Below, one piece after another: positions 45,711 to 55,220 of a stretch of 64,000 nucleotides of DNA. A program made the position numbers and the translations under genes. The notes under the pieces are model-generated. The model ran no database searches, was not told the DNA's origin, and was given only the letters and a program-made list of their open reading frames with translations. The DNA comes from Acidobacteriota bacterium (GTDB taxonomy: Bacteria; Acidobacteriota; UBA6911; RPQK01; JAJDTT01): the NCBI GenBank assembly GCA_965209055.1, contig OZ242374.1, positions 928,001-992,000 on the forward strand, written 5' to 3'. Numbering within the stretch: the first letter of the stretch is position 1; each line of letters begins with the position of its first letter.

Positions 45711-47504
45711 TCAAAACGGCCAGAAACGAGGAATGAGCAGTGTCGCCATGACCCAGAAGAGCAGGCTCAAGGGACCGCCGAATCGGGTGAAGTCCAGAAA
45801 CCGGTAGTTGCCGGGAGCATAGACCATGAGATTGGTCTGGTAGCCCATGGGAGTGAGGAACGCCGACGACGCGGCGAAGCAGGTCGCCATCAGAAAGGGC
45901 CTCGCGTCCACGCCCAGGGCGACAGCCAGGCTCAGGGCCACCGGCGGCATCAGGACGGCGGTGGCCGCATTGGACACCACCTGAGTCAGGCCGCAGGTGA
46001 CCAGGTAGATCAGCGCGACCCCGACATATGGAGCGATGTCCGACCCCTCGAAGAAAGAGACCACAATCAATATCTGGTCGGCGATGTAGCCGGCCGTGCC
46101 GGTCTCGATCATGGCTTCCCCCACGGGGATCAACGACGCGATCAGGACGACGACCGACCAGTCGATGGAGCGGTAGGTCTCCTGCGGGGAGAGAATGGCG
46201 AGAAAAAGGAGTAGCACCACCGCCAGAAACGCACCCTTCAAAATCTCCATGGTGCCCACGGCGGCCAGGAGCACCATAACCGGAATCAAAGCCAGGACCA
46301 GCCACCAAAGGCGTCCTCTTCTGATGTGGAGATCGACCTCGGAGATGATGATGAGGTCCTCGGACCGCCTGAGTTCGTCGAGGCGATCGGGTGCCGCCAG
46401 CATCAGCAGCGTGTCGGAAAAACGCAACGGAATATACGCCAGCTTTTCCCGCATGATCTCCCCATGGCGACGGACAGCCAGCACGAAAGCCCGATAGTGC
46501 TGGCGAAAGTCGGTATCCCTCAGGTTCTTGCCGATGAGGGAACTGGTGCGGGTGACCAGTCCCTCCGCCATGATTTGACCCTCGCGGGCCAACTCCCGGT
46601 CGTTGAGCTTCACGTCTGAAAGGAGCGCCAGGCCCAATTCCCTTCGCAGCCTGAAGATATTGTCGACGGTCCCACGGACGATAAGGATGTCGCCGACGCC
46701 GAGACGCTCGTTTCGAATGTTTTGGGCAACATGCTGGCCATCTCTCAGGATCGAGAGGACGGTGATGTCGTAGGTCTTGTTCATGCCGACTTCAAGGCAG
46801 CTCTTTCCGGCGAGCTTCGACTTTTCCTGGACCCGGACTTCGGTCAGGTACGCGCCCATGTGGTAGTTCCCGGCCAGGGAGACGGGAGTGGAGCGGGCGG
46901 GCAGAAGACGCCGGGCGAGAAGGCAGACGTAGATCAGTCCGGCACCCAGCAACAGGATCCCCAAAGGGAAAAACTCGAACATTCCGAAAGCAGGCTGGCC
47001 GGCTTTTTCCGCGACAGAACTGACGATCAGATTGGTGGACGTCCCCACCAGGGTCAGGGTTCCTCCGGCCATACTGGCGAAGGAGAGGGGGATCAGGGCT
47101 TTGCTGGGACTCAGGTGAAAGCGCCGGCACAGGCTGATGGCCAAGGGAATGAAGACCGCAACCACAGCGGTGTTGTTCAGAAAGCCGGAGAGAATTCCGG
47201 CGACCCCCAGGAAAATGCACATTCCCAGCCATTTCCGGGTCCCTACCTGCCGACTGAGACGATCGGCGGCCACCTCCAGAATACCGGTCTTCACCAGGGC
47301 GTGACTCAGGACGAACATGGCGGCAATCGTGATCACCGCCTTGTTGCTGAACCCCGAAACGGCCTGTTCCACAGTGAGGGTTCCGGACACCAGGAGAACG
47401 CCCAACAGACCGACCGCAGTCACCTCGATGGGAAAGATTTCCAGCGAGAACACCAACAGCGCCACCACGATCAACACCAGCATGAAGGCAATCTCGAGTG
47501 TCAT
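45711..47504 (-). CDS. SLC13 family permease with TrkA-C domains
   Basis: FLNNT, GGTLTLVGTSTN, VSNAATA, TPMGYQTN. Confidence 0.92.
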   Translation of the reverse strand: MTLEIAFMLVLIVVALLVFSLEIFPIEVTAVGLLGVLLVSGTLTVEQAVSGFSNKAVITIAAMFVLSHALVKTGILEVAADRLSRQVGTRKWLGMCIFLGVAGILSGFLNNTAVVAVFIPLAISLCRRFHLSPSKALIPLSFASMAGGTLTLVGTSTNLIVSSVAEKAGQPAFGMFEFFPLGILLLGAGLIYVCLLARRLLPARSTPVSLAGNYHMGAYLTEVRVQEKSKLAGKSCLEVGMNKTYDITVLSILRDGQHVAQNIRNERLGVGDILIVRGTVDNIFRLRRELGLALLSDVKLNDRELAREGQIMAEGLVTRTSSLIGKNLRDTDFRQHYRAFVLAVRRHGEIMREKLAYIPLRFSDTLLMLAAPDRLDELRRSEDLIIISEVDLHIRRGRLWWLVLALIPVMVLLAAVGTMEILKGAFLAVVLLLFLAILSPQETYRSIDWSVVVLIASLIPVGEAMIETGTAGYIADQILIVVSFFEGSDIAPYVGVALIYLVTCGLTQVVSNAATAVLMPPVALSLAVALGVDARPFLMATCFAASSAFLTPMGYQTNLMVYAPGNYRFLDFTRFGGPLSLLFWVMATLLIPRFWPF

Positions 47505-47535
47505 GATCCGCCGGTCTCCGAAACCTCTAAGAAAT

Positions 47536-47639
47536 CGGCGGTTAGGAAACCGCCGCTCCAGTTCGGCGGTAAGAAAACCGCCGCTCCGCTCCTTTCCTTT
47601 TTCTGCCGGGCGTCCGCCGGACCGAGCCGGTGGGGAAGC
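47536..47639 (-). repeat. GGAG-REP-like element, copy 3 (reverse orientation)
   Basis: CGGCGGTTAGGAAACCGCCGCTCC (47536-47559) and CGGCGGTAAGAAAACCGCCGCTCC (47564-47587); flank matches copies 1 and 2. Confidence 0.8.
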
Positions 47640-47658
47640 GCCTCATCTGACCTCCTGA

Positions 47659-49716
47659 TCATGCGTCCCACCTCGAATACCGGGAACGCAACTGCCGCCG
47701 CAGGATCTTGTTGGAGGCGGTGCGGGGCATCTGGTGGACCACCTTCACGTCGTGCAAACGGAACAGGGGGTTGAGCCGGTCGGCAATCGCCTGTTGAAAG
47801 ATCCGCAGAAGTGCGTCCTCGTCGAAATCCGGTTCCGGCGTCGCCGGGACGACGTAGACCACCAGCCGGGTCGCCCCTCCCTCGGGAGGAGAGACCGCCA
47901 CCGCCGCCGTCTCGCCGATCCCCGGAACCCGGTTCAAGACTCGTTCGATCTCTGCCGACCCCACCTTGATGCCGCCCAGGTTCATGGTGTCGTCCATCCG
48001 TCCCTGAGCCCGGTAGTAACCGTTGCCCAGCCGCTCCATCCGATCCCCATGGCGGCGCAGCGGGACCCCTTCCGGTCCCTGGGGCGTTCCGGCGAAATAC
48101 TCCCGGTGGTGGTCCCGGTTCAAGAGGCGCGTGGAGAGGCCGATCGATGGCGGAACAATGAAAATCTCCCCTTGGTCGGACTCGACTCCACGCCGATCCC
48201 GAATGGTCAGACTCATCCCCAGAGCCGCCGTCGAGAAAGCTGAGGCGACAGAAGGTTGCACCACGGTGCCGGTGATGTAGGCGCCGCCGATCTCGGTTCC
48301 GCCGCAGTATTCGACCACCGGCCGGTATCCCGCCCGGGAGGTCAGATAGTGCATGTCGTCCGGATTCGAGCACTCTCCCGTGGAGGTGAAGACCCTGACC
48401 GAGGACCAGTCGAGTCCTTCCACGCAGCTTCCGGCCCGCCAGGCCCCGACCAGAGTGGGCACGACCCCCAGGACGTTCACCCTCGCATCCTGCACGAACT
48501 CGCAGAATTCCCTGGACGTGGGAATGCCGTCGAACAGCGCGATGGTGGCTCCATTGATGAGGGAAGCATAGATCAACCAGGGTCCCATCATCCATCCCAG
48601 GCTCGTGGGCCATGTCACCACGTCTCCCTCCCGAATGTCCTGGTGCAGGCATCCGTCGGCGGCGCACTTGATGGGGGTCAGGTGGGTGAACGGAATGGCC
48701 TTGGGATCGCCCGTGGTCCCCGAGGAGAAGAGAATGTTGATGGCGTCATCAGGATCACACGCCACCGCCCGGAACGCCTCCTCATCACTCAGGAAATCGT
48801 CCCAAGACAGGTCTCCCTCCCGGAGCGGTTCGGAGAGGCGTCCCTGCACCGGCACCACCACCGCCACCGGAGCGCCGGCCTCCAACATCCTGGGGTATAG
48901 GGGCAGCTCCCGGGAACCGCGAAGAATCCGGTCCTGGGTGAAGAGGGCCCTGGCTTCTCCGACTATGAGCCGGGTCCGGACCTCCGGCGCGGAAAAGCTT
49001 TCGGCTATGGTCAGCGCCACGCAGCCCGCCTTGATGACACCCAGGTAGATGGCCACGGCTTCGACGTTCATGGGCATGTCGATGGCAACCGTGTCGCCCC
49101 GGTCCACTCCCAGGCGGGGCAGCGCGTTGGCGACGCGATTCGAAAGGGAGTCCAGCTCCTTCCGGGTCAGACTGGAAACCGGCGCTCCCTCTCTGTGACA
49201 AACGATGGCCGGGTCCGATCCGCGGCCGAAACAGCTCTCGGCGATGTTCAGCCTGGCGCCGGGCAGCCATCTCACGTTTTCCGCGCCCGGTGTCGAATCC
49301 AGAATCTTGACCGGCGGAGTCCGGAACCGGATCCCCAGTTGCCGGATCATCAAATCCCAGAACGCGGAGCGGTCCTCTACGGTCCAGGAGTGGAGTTCGG
49401 CATACGACTTCAGACCCAGTTGCTCTTGGATTCGCGCCAGGTTCGTTTCCCGGATGGATTCCGGCGCCGGAACGAAAATGGGCGCGGGGCCCGCATCGGG
49501 CTCGTTGCCGCACACGGTCCGGTGCAGCAGTTGGTGGACCGGGAACGGATGGGCCGGACTCAGAAGACCGCTGCTCACTCTTCGCCAGCATTCGGCGGCG
49601 GAGCAATTCCCCAACAGACGGTTCACTTCCGCCGAGAGGCGCCGCGCTTCCGGAGGCTCCACCCCAAGGGCGACGAGATCGCCGCTGCGTACCCGTTCGG
49701 CGGCGGAGCTTCTCAC
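47659..49716 (-). CDS. AMP-binding acyl-CoA synthetase (acetyl-CoA synthetase-like, AAE17/18-like)
   Basis: FSSGTTGDPK, YCGGTEIGG, RHGD, GRMDD, RTASNK. Confidence 0.9.
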   Translation of the reverse strand: MRSSAAERVRSGDLVALGVEPPEARRLSAEVNRLLGNCSAAECWRRVSSGLLSPAHPFPVHQLLHRTVCGNEPDAGPAPIFVPAPESIRETNLARIQEQLGLKSYAELHSWTVEDRSAFWDLMIRQLGIRFRTPPVKILDSTPGAENVRWLPGARLNIAESCFGRGSDPAIVCHREGAPVSSLTRKELDSLSNRVANALPRLGVDRGDTVAIDMPMNVEAVAIYLGVIKAGCVALTIAESFSAPEVRTRLIVGEARALFTQDRILRGSRELPLYPRMLEAGAPVAVVVPVQGRLSEPLREGDLSWDDFLSDEEAFRAVACDPDDAINILFSSGTTGDPKAIPFTHLTPIKCAADGCLHQDIREGDVVTWPTSLGWMMGPWLIYASLINGATIALFDGIPTSREFCEFVQDARVNVLGVVPTLVGAWRAGSCVEGLDWSSVRVFTSTGECSNPDDMHYLTSRAGYRPVVEYCGGTEIGGAYITGTVVQPSVASAFSTAALGMSLTIRDRRGVESDQGEIFIVPPSIGLSTRLLNRDHHREYFAGTPQGPEGVPLRRHGDRMERLGNGYYRAQGRMDDTMNLGGIKVGSAEIERVLNRVPGIGETAAVAVSPPEGGATRLVVYVVPATPEPDFDEDALLRIFQQAIADRLNPLFRLHDVKVVHQMPRTASNKILRRQLRSRYSRWDA

Positions 49717-51011
49717 TCCTCACTCCTCCGCTTCTCTCTTGCGGGCTTGCTTTTCCCCCTTTTCTCTCCCGGCCCCCATTCCACTTTCAGCCGCACAAGA
49801 CCCGCATCGGAACCACTGCGGGTCACGGAGAAGGGTTCCTTCTTTTCGGCCAGGTCGTAGGACTGGAGACCGTCGGTGTCGGTGGCCACGACATTGAAAT
49901 AGTACCGGCCTTCCAACAGCGCCATGCGGGGAAAGACCACCCGGGCACGGTAGTCGCCGGGACCGGCCTCCCGGAGCGGGACCCCGTCGAAGACGGTGCT
50001 GGTGACGTAGACGACAACCCCGTCGTCTCGCACCACGGCGACCCCCAGGCCGGGAGTTCCGCGAAACTCGGGGAGAAAGCGGGCCGACACGTCCAACTCC
50101 AGGCTCTCGCCGGTCCGGAAGGGTCCGGTCCGGGGGCGTTGGAGCTTGACATCCTCGATCCAGCAGATCTTTCGAGAACCGGCCTCCCGGGCCCGGACCG
50201 GATCCCACTCCCGGCTCCCGGTCCGGCAGAAATCACGGTATCGCCCCAACACTTCGCGGCTTGAACCCATGGCTTGGACCTGCCCCCGATGCAGCCACAG
50301 GGCTCTGGAGCAGAAGCTCTCGATCTGATGGAGAGCGTGGGAGCACAGGACGGCGGTGCAGCCTCGATCCCGAAGGCCCTGGATTCGATTCAGGCACCTG
50401 CTCTGGAACTCGCCGTCTCCCACGGCCAGGACCTCGTCCACGATCAGGACATCCGGCTCGAAACTGGTCGCCAGGGAGAAGGCAAGCCGCAACATCATGC
50501 CCGCGGAGTAGGTCTTGAGCGGCCGATCGATCTCGTCGCCAAGGCCACTGAATTCGATGATCCCGGACTCGCGGCGGGCGATCTCCTCTCTGGAAAAACC
50601 GGCCAGCGCGCCCCCGAAGTAAAGGTTGCGCCTTCCCGTGAACTCCGGATCGAAACCGACGCCCAATTCCAGAAGCGCCGCCACCCGGCCCTGGACCCGG
50701 ACATCTCCGCGGGTGGGAGCGCAGGTCCCGGCCAAGATCTTGAGCAGCGTCGTCTTCCCCGCCCCGTTGTTGCCGACGATGCCGAAACTTTCGCCGCGCC
50801 GGACCTGAAAGCTGACCGATTTCAGGGCCGCGAATTGCCGATGGGAAGATCTCCCGGAACTGAGCTCCCGCAACAGGGCAAATGGACCGGGATAGGACTT
50901 GTAGACCTTGCTGACCTGAAGGGCCCGGATCACGTCGGGAGTATACCAGCCGGTGCCGAGTCTCCCACGCCGAAGACGAGTGGCCTCGCTTGCGGCAAGC
51001 ACCCGGGACAC
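49713..51011 (-). CDS. Wzt-type polysaccharide ABC exporter ATPase with Wzt_C domain
   Basis: GNNGAGKTT, LLELGVGFDPE, KTYSAGM, VDEVLAVGD; start may lie further downstream. Confidence 0.88.
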   Translation of the reverse strand: MSRVLAASEATRLRRGRLGTGWYTPDVIRALQVSKVYKSYPGPFALLRELSSGRSSHRQFAALKSVSFQVRRGESFGIVGNNGAGKTTLLKILAGTCAPTRGDVRVQGRVAALLELGVGFDPEFTGRRNLYFGGALAGFSREEIARRESGIIEFSGLGDEIDRPLKTYSAGMMLRLAFSLATSFEPDVLIVDEVLAVGDGEFQSRCLNRIQGLRDRGCTAVLCSHALHQIESFCSRALWLHRGQVQAMGSSREVLGRYRDFCRTGSREWDPVRAREAGSRKICWIEDVKLQRPRTGPFRTGESLELDVSARFLPEFRGTPGLGVAVVRDDGVVVYVTSTVFDGVPLREAGPGDYRARVVFPRMALLEGRYYFNVVATDTDGLQSYDLAEKKEPFSVTRSGSDAGLVRLKVEWGPGEKRGKSKPAREKRRSEE

Positions 51012-51036
51012 CTGTGCAGGCGTCAGGGAAATCCCG

Positions 51037-52299
51037 TCACTTTTTCCGGAGATCCAGGCAGATCAGTCGGATTTCGTTGCGCAGATAGAGCAGTCCGTGG
51101 GAAAGAACCGGTGGAGCCCAGCAGGGGTAGGTGAGAACCCGGGCGCGCGCCTTCTCCCGATACGAGTCCGGGCTCAGTTCCACCAGAGCCAGGTCCCCCC
51201 GCTCCCCCAGGAGGATGAGCCGTCCCTCGGCCAGGACAAAACTGGACCGCCCCAGCTCCCGAGGTGATTTCCAGCGAACCGCACCCGTCAGGAATTCGAT
51301 GCAACGCAGGTTGGCCTGTCCCTCGTGCCGGCCGTCCACGCCATACAGGTATCCGTCCCGGTAGAGACTCGTGGCCCAGTGGTTCTGCATCGCCATCCGG
51401 TCTCGCCAGACTTCCGTCGGACCCTGCGATCCCAACTCCAGCAGAACGGCTCCCGTATTGTAGGTCGCCGAGAGAAAGACGTGGTCGCCCACCACGACCG
51501 GCGTGGCGGCATTGACCGATTCATAGCTGCGGGAGCGGAACGGATAGCGGTACAGTTCCCGGCCGTCCGCCGCGTCCACGGCCAGAAAGCCCGACCGGGT
51601 CAGAAACATGGCGACTCGCCGTCCGTCCAGGTCGACGACGGCCGGCGTCGAGTAGCTCGCCTCGTCATCGCCGGTCTTCCAGATGGTCTCACCCGAGCGC
51701 TTGTCCACCGCCAGGACACCCGCGCCGTCGCCGCCCGCGTTCACCAGGATTCGATTCCCTTCCACGACGGGAGCCGAACCGACACCGAAAAAGTTCTGCG
51801 GGACACGGTAGTCGCGGTTGATCCACCGCTGCCAAAGGATTCGGCCCGTGGAGAATTCCAGACAGGTGAGCTTTCCCTCGGCCCCGAAGGTGTAGACACG
51901 GTCTCCGTCGATGGCCGGGGAGGATCGGGGGCCGTTGTTGTAACCGTAACGATCCCGGTAGCGAGTGGGATACCCCTGCTTCCAGATAGGACGTCCCGTC
52001 CCGGCTTCCAGACACTCGACCACCTCCTGGCCCCGAATGCGGTGAAATACGACGATCCGGCCGCCAGAGGTCACCGGCGGACTGAACGACCGGCCCAAGC
52101 TCCGTTCCCAAACCAGCGGCGGACCCTCTTCGGACCAGCCCTCCAGCAAACCGGTCTCGCTTGAGCTGGCGTCTCCACGCGGCCCCAGGAACCGGGGCCA
52201 ATCCTCTCCTCCCGTCCCGGCCGGCAGCGGCAGGTGAACCTGAAACCCCAGCAAGAGCGGGAAGAGCCACCGGGGCGCGCAGGCGAAAGATCCGCGCAT
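51037..52299 (-). CDS. PQQ-like beta-propeller secreted protein
   Basis: Signal peptide, then DWPRFLGP, GPRSSP, GSAPVV, ASYSTP, WAPPVLS; only the last 420 aa of the 924-aa ORF. Confidence 0.88.
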   Translation of the reverse strand: MRGSFACAPRWLFPLLLGFQVHLPLPAGTGGEDWPRFLGPRGDASSSETGLLEGWSEEGPPLVWERSLGRSFSPPVTSGGRIVVFHRIRGQEVVECLEAGTGRPIWKQGYPTRYRDRYGYNNGPRSSPAIDGDRVYTFGAEGKLTCLEFSTGRILWQRWINRDYRVPQNFFGVGSAPVVEGNRILVNAGGDGAGVLAVDKRSGETIWKTGDDEASYSTPAVVDLDGRRVAMFLTRSGFLAVDAADGRELYRYPFRSRSYESVNAATPVVVGDHVFLSATYNTGAVLLELGSQGPTEVWRDRMAMQNHWATSLYRDGYLYGVDGRHEGQANLRCIEFLTGAVRWKSPRELGRSSFVLAEGRLILLGERGDLALVELSPDSYREKARARVLTYPCWAPPVLSHGLLYLRNEIRLICLDLRKK

Positions 52300-52301
52300 T
52301 C

Positions 52302-53831
52302 CTATTCTCCTCCGGCAGGGAACTGCCCCGCCGCGGCGGCGGGGGACAGGCCGTGCACCCGAATCGAAGCCATCGTTTCGTTTCCCGCGTGATCGACAGC
52401 CTCCACCCGAATTCGATTCTCTCCCTCCCGGAGCCGCAGGTCGCAACTGAATTCCGTGTCCCAAGACCGGACCGGCGTTCCGTTGCAAGTCAATCGGGCG
52501 ACCCCGGAGACGGCGTCCTGAACCATCCCCGTCAACCTCAGCCCCCCCTCTACCAGCCGGGACCCGGTCTTGGGCCACGTCACCTCGATGGACGGGGGCT
52601 GCTTGTCCAGCTTGACTTCCAGATCCAGGGAAGCGCTGTTTCCGGCCCGATCGACAGCCATGCCCCTGAGGCGGCGAACCGGCCCTTCGGCGGTGATCTG
52701 CAGGTCGGGAGTCACGCTGGCCAGTCCGGCGAGGTTGTCCCGCGCCTTGAACGAAACGGTCACGTCCGCATTGTGCCAGCCCCGGCGGTTCGGCGGGGGA
52801 GTGGTCTCGACCTGGATGACGGGCGGGGTGCCGTCCACCATGACGGTTCCGGTGACGGGAAACGATGCGGCCCGGTACTCGCCCGGCTTGCGCACGGGAA
52901 TCCTGCCCCGGCGCCGATCGTACACCGTGAGTCTCGTGAGCTGGCCGAAAGCCAGGTAGGGGTAACTCCCGTCGGGCACGAGGCGTCCGGTTCCGTCCGT
53001 GCCGTCCCAGGGACGATTGTTCAAGATTCGGATCACCTCTCCGCTGCCGGGATCCTGAATGAACCGGACATAGTCCAGCGAATAGTGTCCCCGGGCCAGG
53101 ATCTTGAAGGTGATGGACAGGGTGCTGGTGGCCAGCTCCGGAGAAAACGGATCGGGGGAGTCGCGGAAGGCAATGACCGCCAGGTTCTGCCGGCGCACCG
53201 CCCGCTGCGACACCTCCCAGGCCTTCTTCAGGGCATCCATGGCTTTCCGGGAATTGTCGTGCCGGGCGGCTCTCTCCAATTCCCGAAAGGCTCTTTCCAC
53301 CTGCCATTCGTCGGCCAGTCCGACGGCTCCCAACCGCTGGGCCGCTTCGATGGAGGCCCTTGCGATCTCCGTCTGAGCCTCGAGGAGGGTCCTGGCCACC
53401 TGCTGGAAGACCGACTGGGCCTCGCGGTTCCCGCGCACCGATCTGATGCCCCTCTGGAGCCGGCTCAGCGCCCGCTTGTTGTACTTGAAGACCCTCTTTC
53501 CGTCGGGATACGAACGGATCTGACTCCCATCGAGATAAAGGCTCTCTCCCTTGTGGGACAGGCTCTCGGAGATGGCCTCCACGATGTCGTCCACCGAACG
53601 TTTGACGCGCCGGTTGGAATCGGGAAGCTGCCGGAGTCGGAGAATCGCCTCCCGCAAGAGCTCCTGAGGCGACGGACGGGACTCGGTTCCGGCGGCTGAG
53701 GAAATGTCGAATCGAGGCGACGGCTCCGACCCGGCGTGGCCGTCCGGGTTCTGACTCAAGACGGTTTCCGCCGAAATCAGGAGTGGAGACAGGAACAGCC
53801 AAGCCGCCCACCTGCCCGCACGCTGCTCCAT
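52302..53831 (-). CDS. Secreted protein: helical N-domain, FlgD-Ig-like and bacterial Ig-like domains
   Basis: PDPFSP...WDGTDGTGRLVPDGSY; DGTPP, DRAGN, DKQPP, DHAGN repeats; signal peptide after MEQRAG. Confidence 0.7.
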   Translation of the reverse strand: MEQRAGRWAAWLFLSPLLISAETVLSQNPDGHAGSEPSPRFDISSAAGTESRPSPQELLREAILRLRQLPDSNRRVKRSVDDIVEAISESLSHKGESLYLDGSQIRSYPDGKRVFKYNKRALSRLQRGIRSVRGNREAQSVFQQVARTLLEAQTEIARASIEAAQRLGAVGLADEWQVERAFRELERAARHDNSRKAMDALKKAWEVSQRAVRRQNLAVIAFRDSPDPFSPELATSTLSITFKILARGHYSLDYVRFIQDPGSGEVIRILNNRPWDGTDGTGRLVPDGSYPYLAFGQLTRLTVYDRRRGRIPVRKPGEYRAASFPVTGTVMVDGTPPVIQVETTPPPNRRGWHNADVTVSFKARDNLAGLASVTPDLQITAEGPVRRLRGMAVDRAGNSASLDLEVKLDKQPPSIEVTWPKTGSRLVEGGLRLTGMVQDAVSGVARLTCNGTPVRSWDTEFSCDLRLREGENRIRVEAVDHAGNETMASIRVHGLSPAAAAGQFPAGGE

Positions 53832-54146
53832 CTTCGACTCCACGACTCTCGAACCATCCCGGTGAGACGCAGCATGAGCGCCCCAGGCGTGGATCATCAG
53901 GTTAGCCCTGTCCGCAACAGTTTGCCAGAGCGCAATCCGCCCCGCCGGGGGCGGCGGCATTCGACTGGGTCTGCATCCCATCGAGAAGGCATATAGATTG
54001 CAACACGCATCTCGCGCTGGATTTCCTCTAGAATGGGCGGCGGGGTCTTGAAGCTCGTCCGCATGACCTGTTGCGACTCCACCGAAGCTAACAAACGCCG
54101 TTCGACGCTATTCGAGTCCAGTGACGCGGACAGCATCAGGGGAGAA

Positions 54147-55007
54147 ATGACGACCACCGAGCAGCGCGGTAAGGCGCGTGCCCTGCGAGAGCTCCATTCG
54201 GACCAAGAAGTTCTTGTGCTACCGAACGTCTGGGATCCGATTGGGGCGCGCGTTCTGGCAGCTAAGGGTTACCCGGCTGTTGCGACCGCCAGCGCGGCGG
54301 TTTCCTCCGCGCTCGGATTCGAAGACGGCGAGAAGATCAGGCGGCAGACGATGCTGGAGATCGTCGCCCGGATCAGCCGCTCCGTAGCCGTTCCGGTGAC
54401 GGCCGACATGGAAACTGGGTACGGGACTTCCCTCGCTGAGTTGGAGGACACCATCCGGTGCCTGCTCGACACGGGGGCCGTTGGGCTCAACATCGAGGAC
54501 AGCCTCGAAGAGGGCGGGTCCCTCCGACCCGTGGATGAACAGGCCGAAAGGATTGCGACGGTACGGGAGACCGCAGCCGCGCAGGGGCTCGACCTCTTGA
54601 TCAATGCTCGAGTGGACGCCTTTTTGTCAGACGGATTCGGCCGAGCAGAGGAGCAAATCGAAGAGACCGTGACGCGCGCCGAGGTCTATGGCAAGGCCGG
54701 CGCCGACTGCATCTACCCGATCGGTCCTAGCGATGCCGAGACTCTCACCGTGCTCCGGTCACGGATCACCCTGCCGTTGAACGCCCTCGCGACCCCGGAT
54801 GCGGTTCCGTTGGAAAGGATGGCGGCGATCGGGATTAACCGCGTCAGTTTTGGACCGTTTATCTTCCGGTCGTGTCTCCGAAAGTTCGTAGACATAGCCG
54901 AAGCGCTTTCACAGTCCGCCGGCTACGAGTGTTTCGGCCGCGAGCTAATGACGGGTTCGGAAGCCTCATTGTACTTGACATCCGAGAGCGAGCAAGATCC
55001 TCGTTAG
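54147..55007 (+). CDS. Isocitrate lyase/PEP mutase family protein
   Basis: LPNVWD, ATASAA, TADMETGYG, GLNIED, INARVD, RVSFG; GGAG SD. Confidence 0.9.
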   Translation: MTTTEQRGKARALRELHSDQEVLVLPNVWDPIGARVLAAKGYPAVATASAAVSSALGFEDGEKIRRQTMLEIVARISRSVAVPVTADMETGYGTSLAELEDTIRCLLDTGAVGLNIEDSLEEGGSLRPVDEQAERIATVRETAAAQGLDLLINARVDAFLSDGFGRAEEQIEETVTRAEVYGKAGADCIYPIGPSDAETLTVLRSRITLPLNALATPDAVPLERMAAIGINRVSFGPFIFRSCLRKFVDIAEALSQSAGYECFGRELMTGSEASLYLTSESEQDPR

Positions 55008-55153
55008 CATATCGTCTACATAACTCTTTTATAGTAAATGGGTTACAGAGATTGTGGAATCAGTCCGGCGACTGTGTTGCTCCTCGGTCACATACTCCCG
55101 GCATGTTCCCTCTGACCGCCTTGTCCGGCGGGCGCAGCCCCGGCCCCGGTGCT

Positions 55154-55188
55154 GCGTGAGACTTTCGCCGCGGACTGTTAAGATCGGC
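55154..55188 (+). promoter_or_regulatory. Promoter nearly identical to 14963-14997
   Basis: GTGAGA-17 nt-TAAGAT containing CGGACTGTTAAGAT. Confidence 0.6.
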
Positions 55189-55220
55189 ATTATCCCCAAC
55201 CTGTTCTGTGAGGTGAGACT

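Noticed and set aside
51037-53811. 924-aa fusion ORF or programmed frameshift
   Set aside because: The first ~500 codons are Arg/Gly/Pro-rich alternative-frame sequence over the real 52302-53831 gene; the PQQ protein has its own SD, ATG and signal peptide
53850-54140. c-di-GMP riboswitch or sigma54 promoter upstream of the Ig-domain gene
   Set aside because: GGCAAAC is present on the minus strand but the GNRA loop and P2 elements are not; no correctly spaced GG-N10-GC
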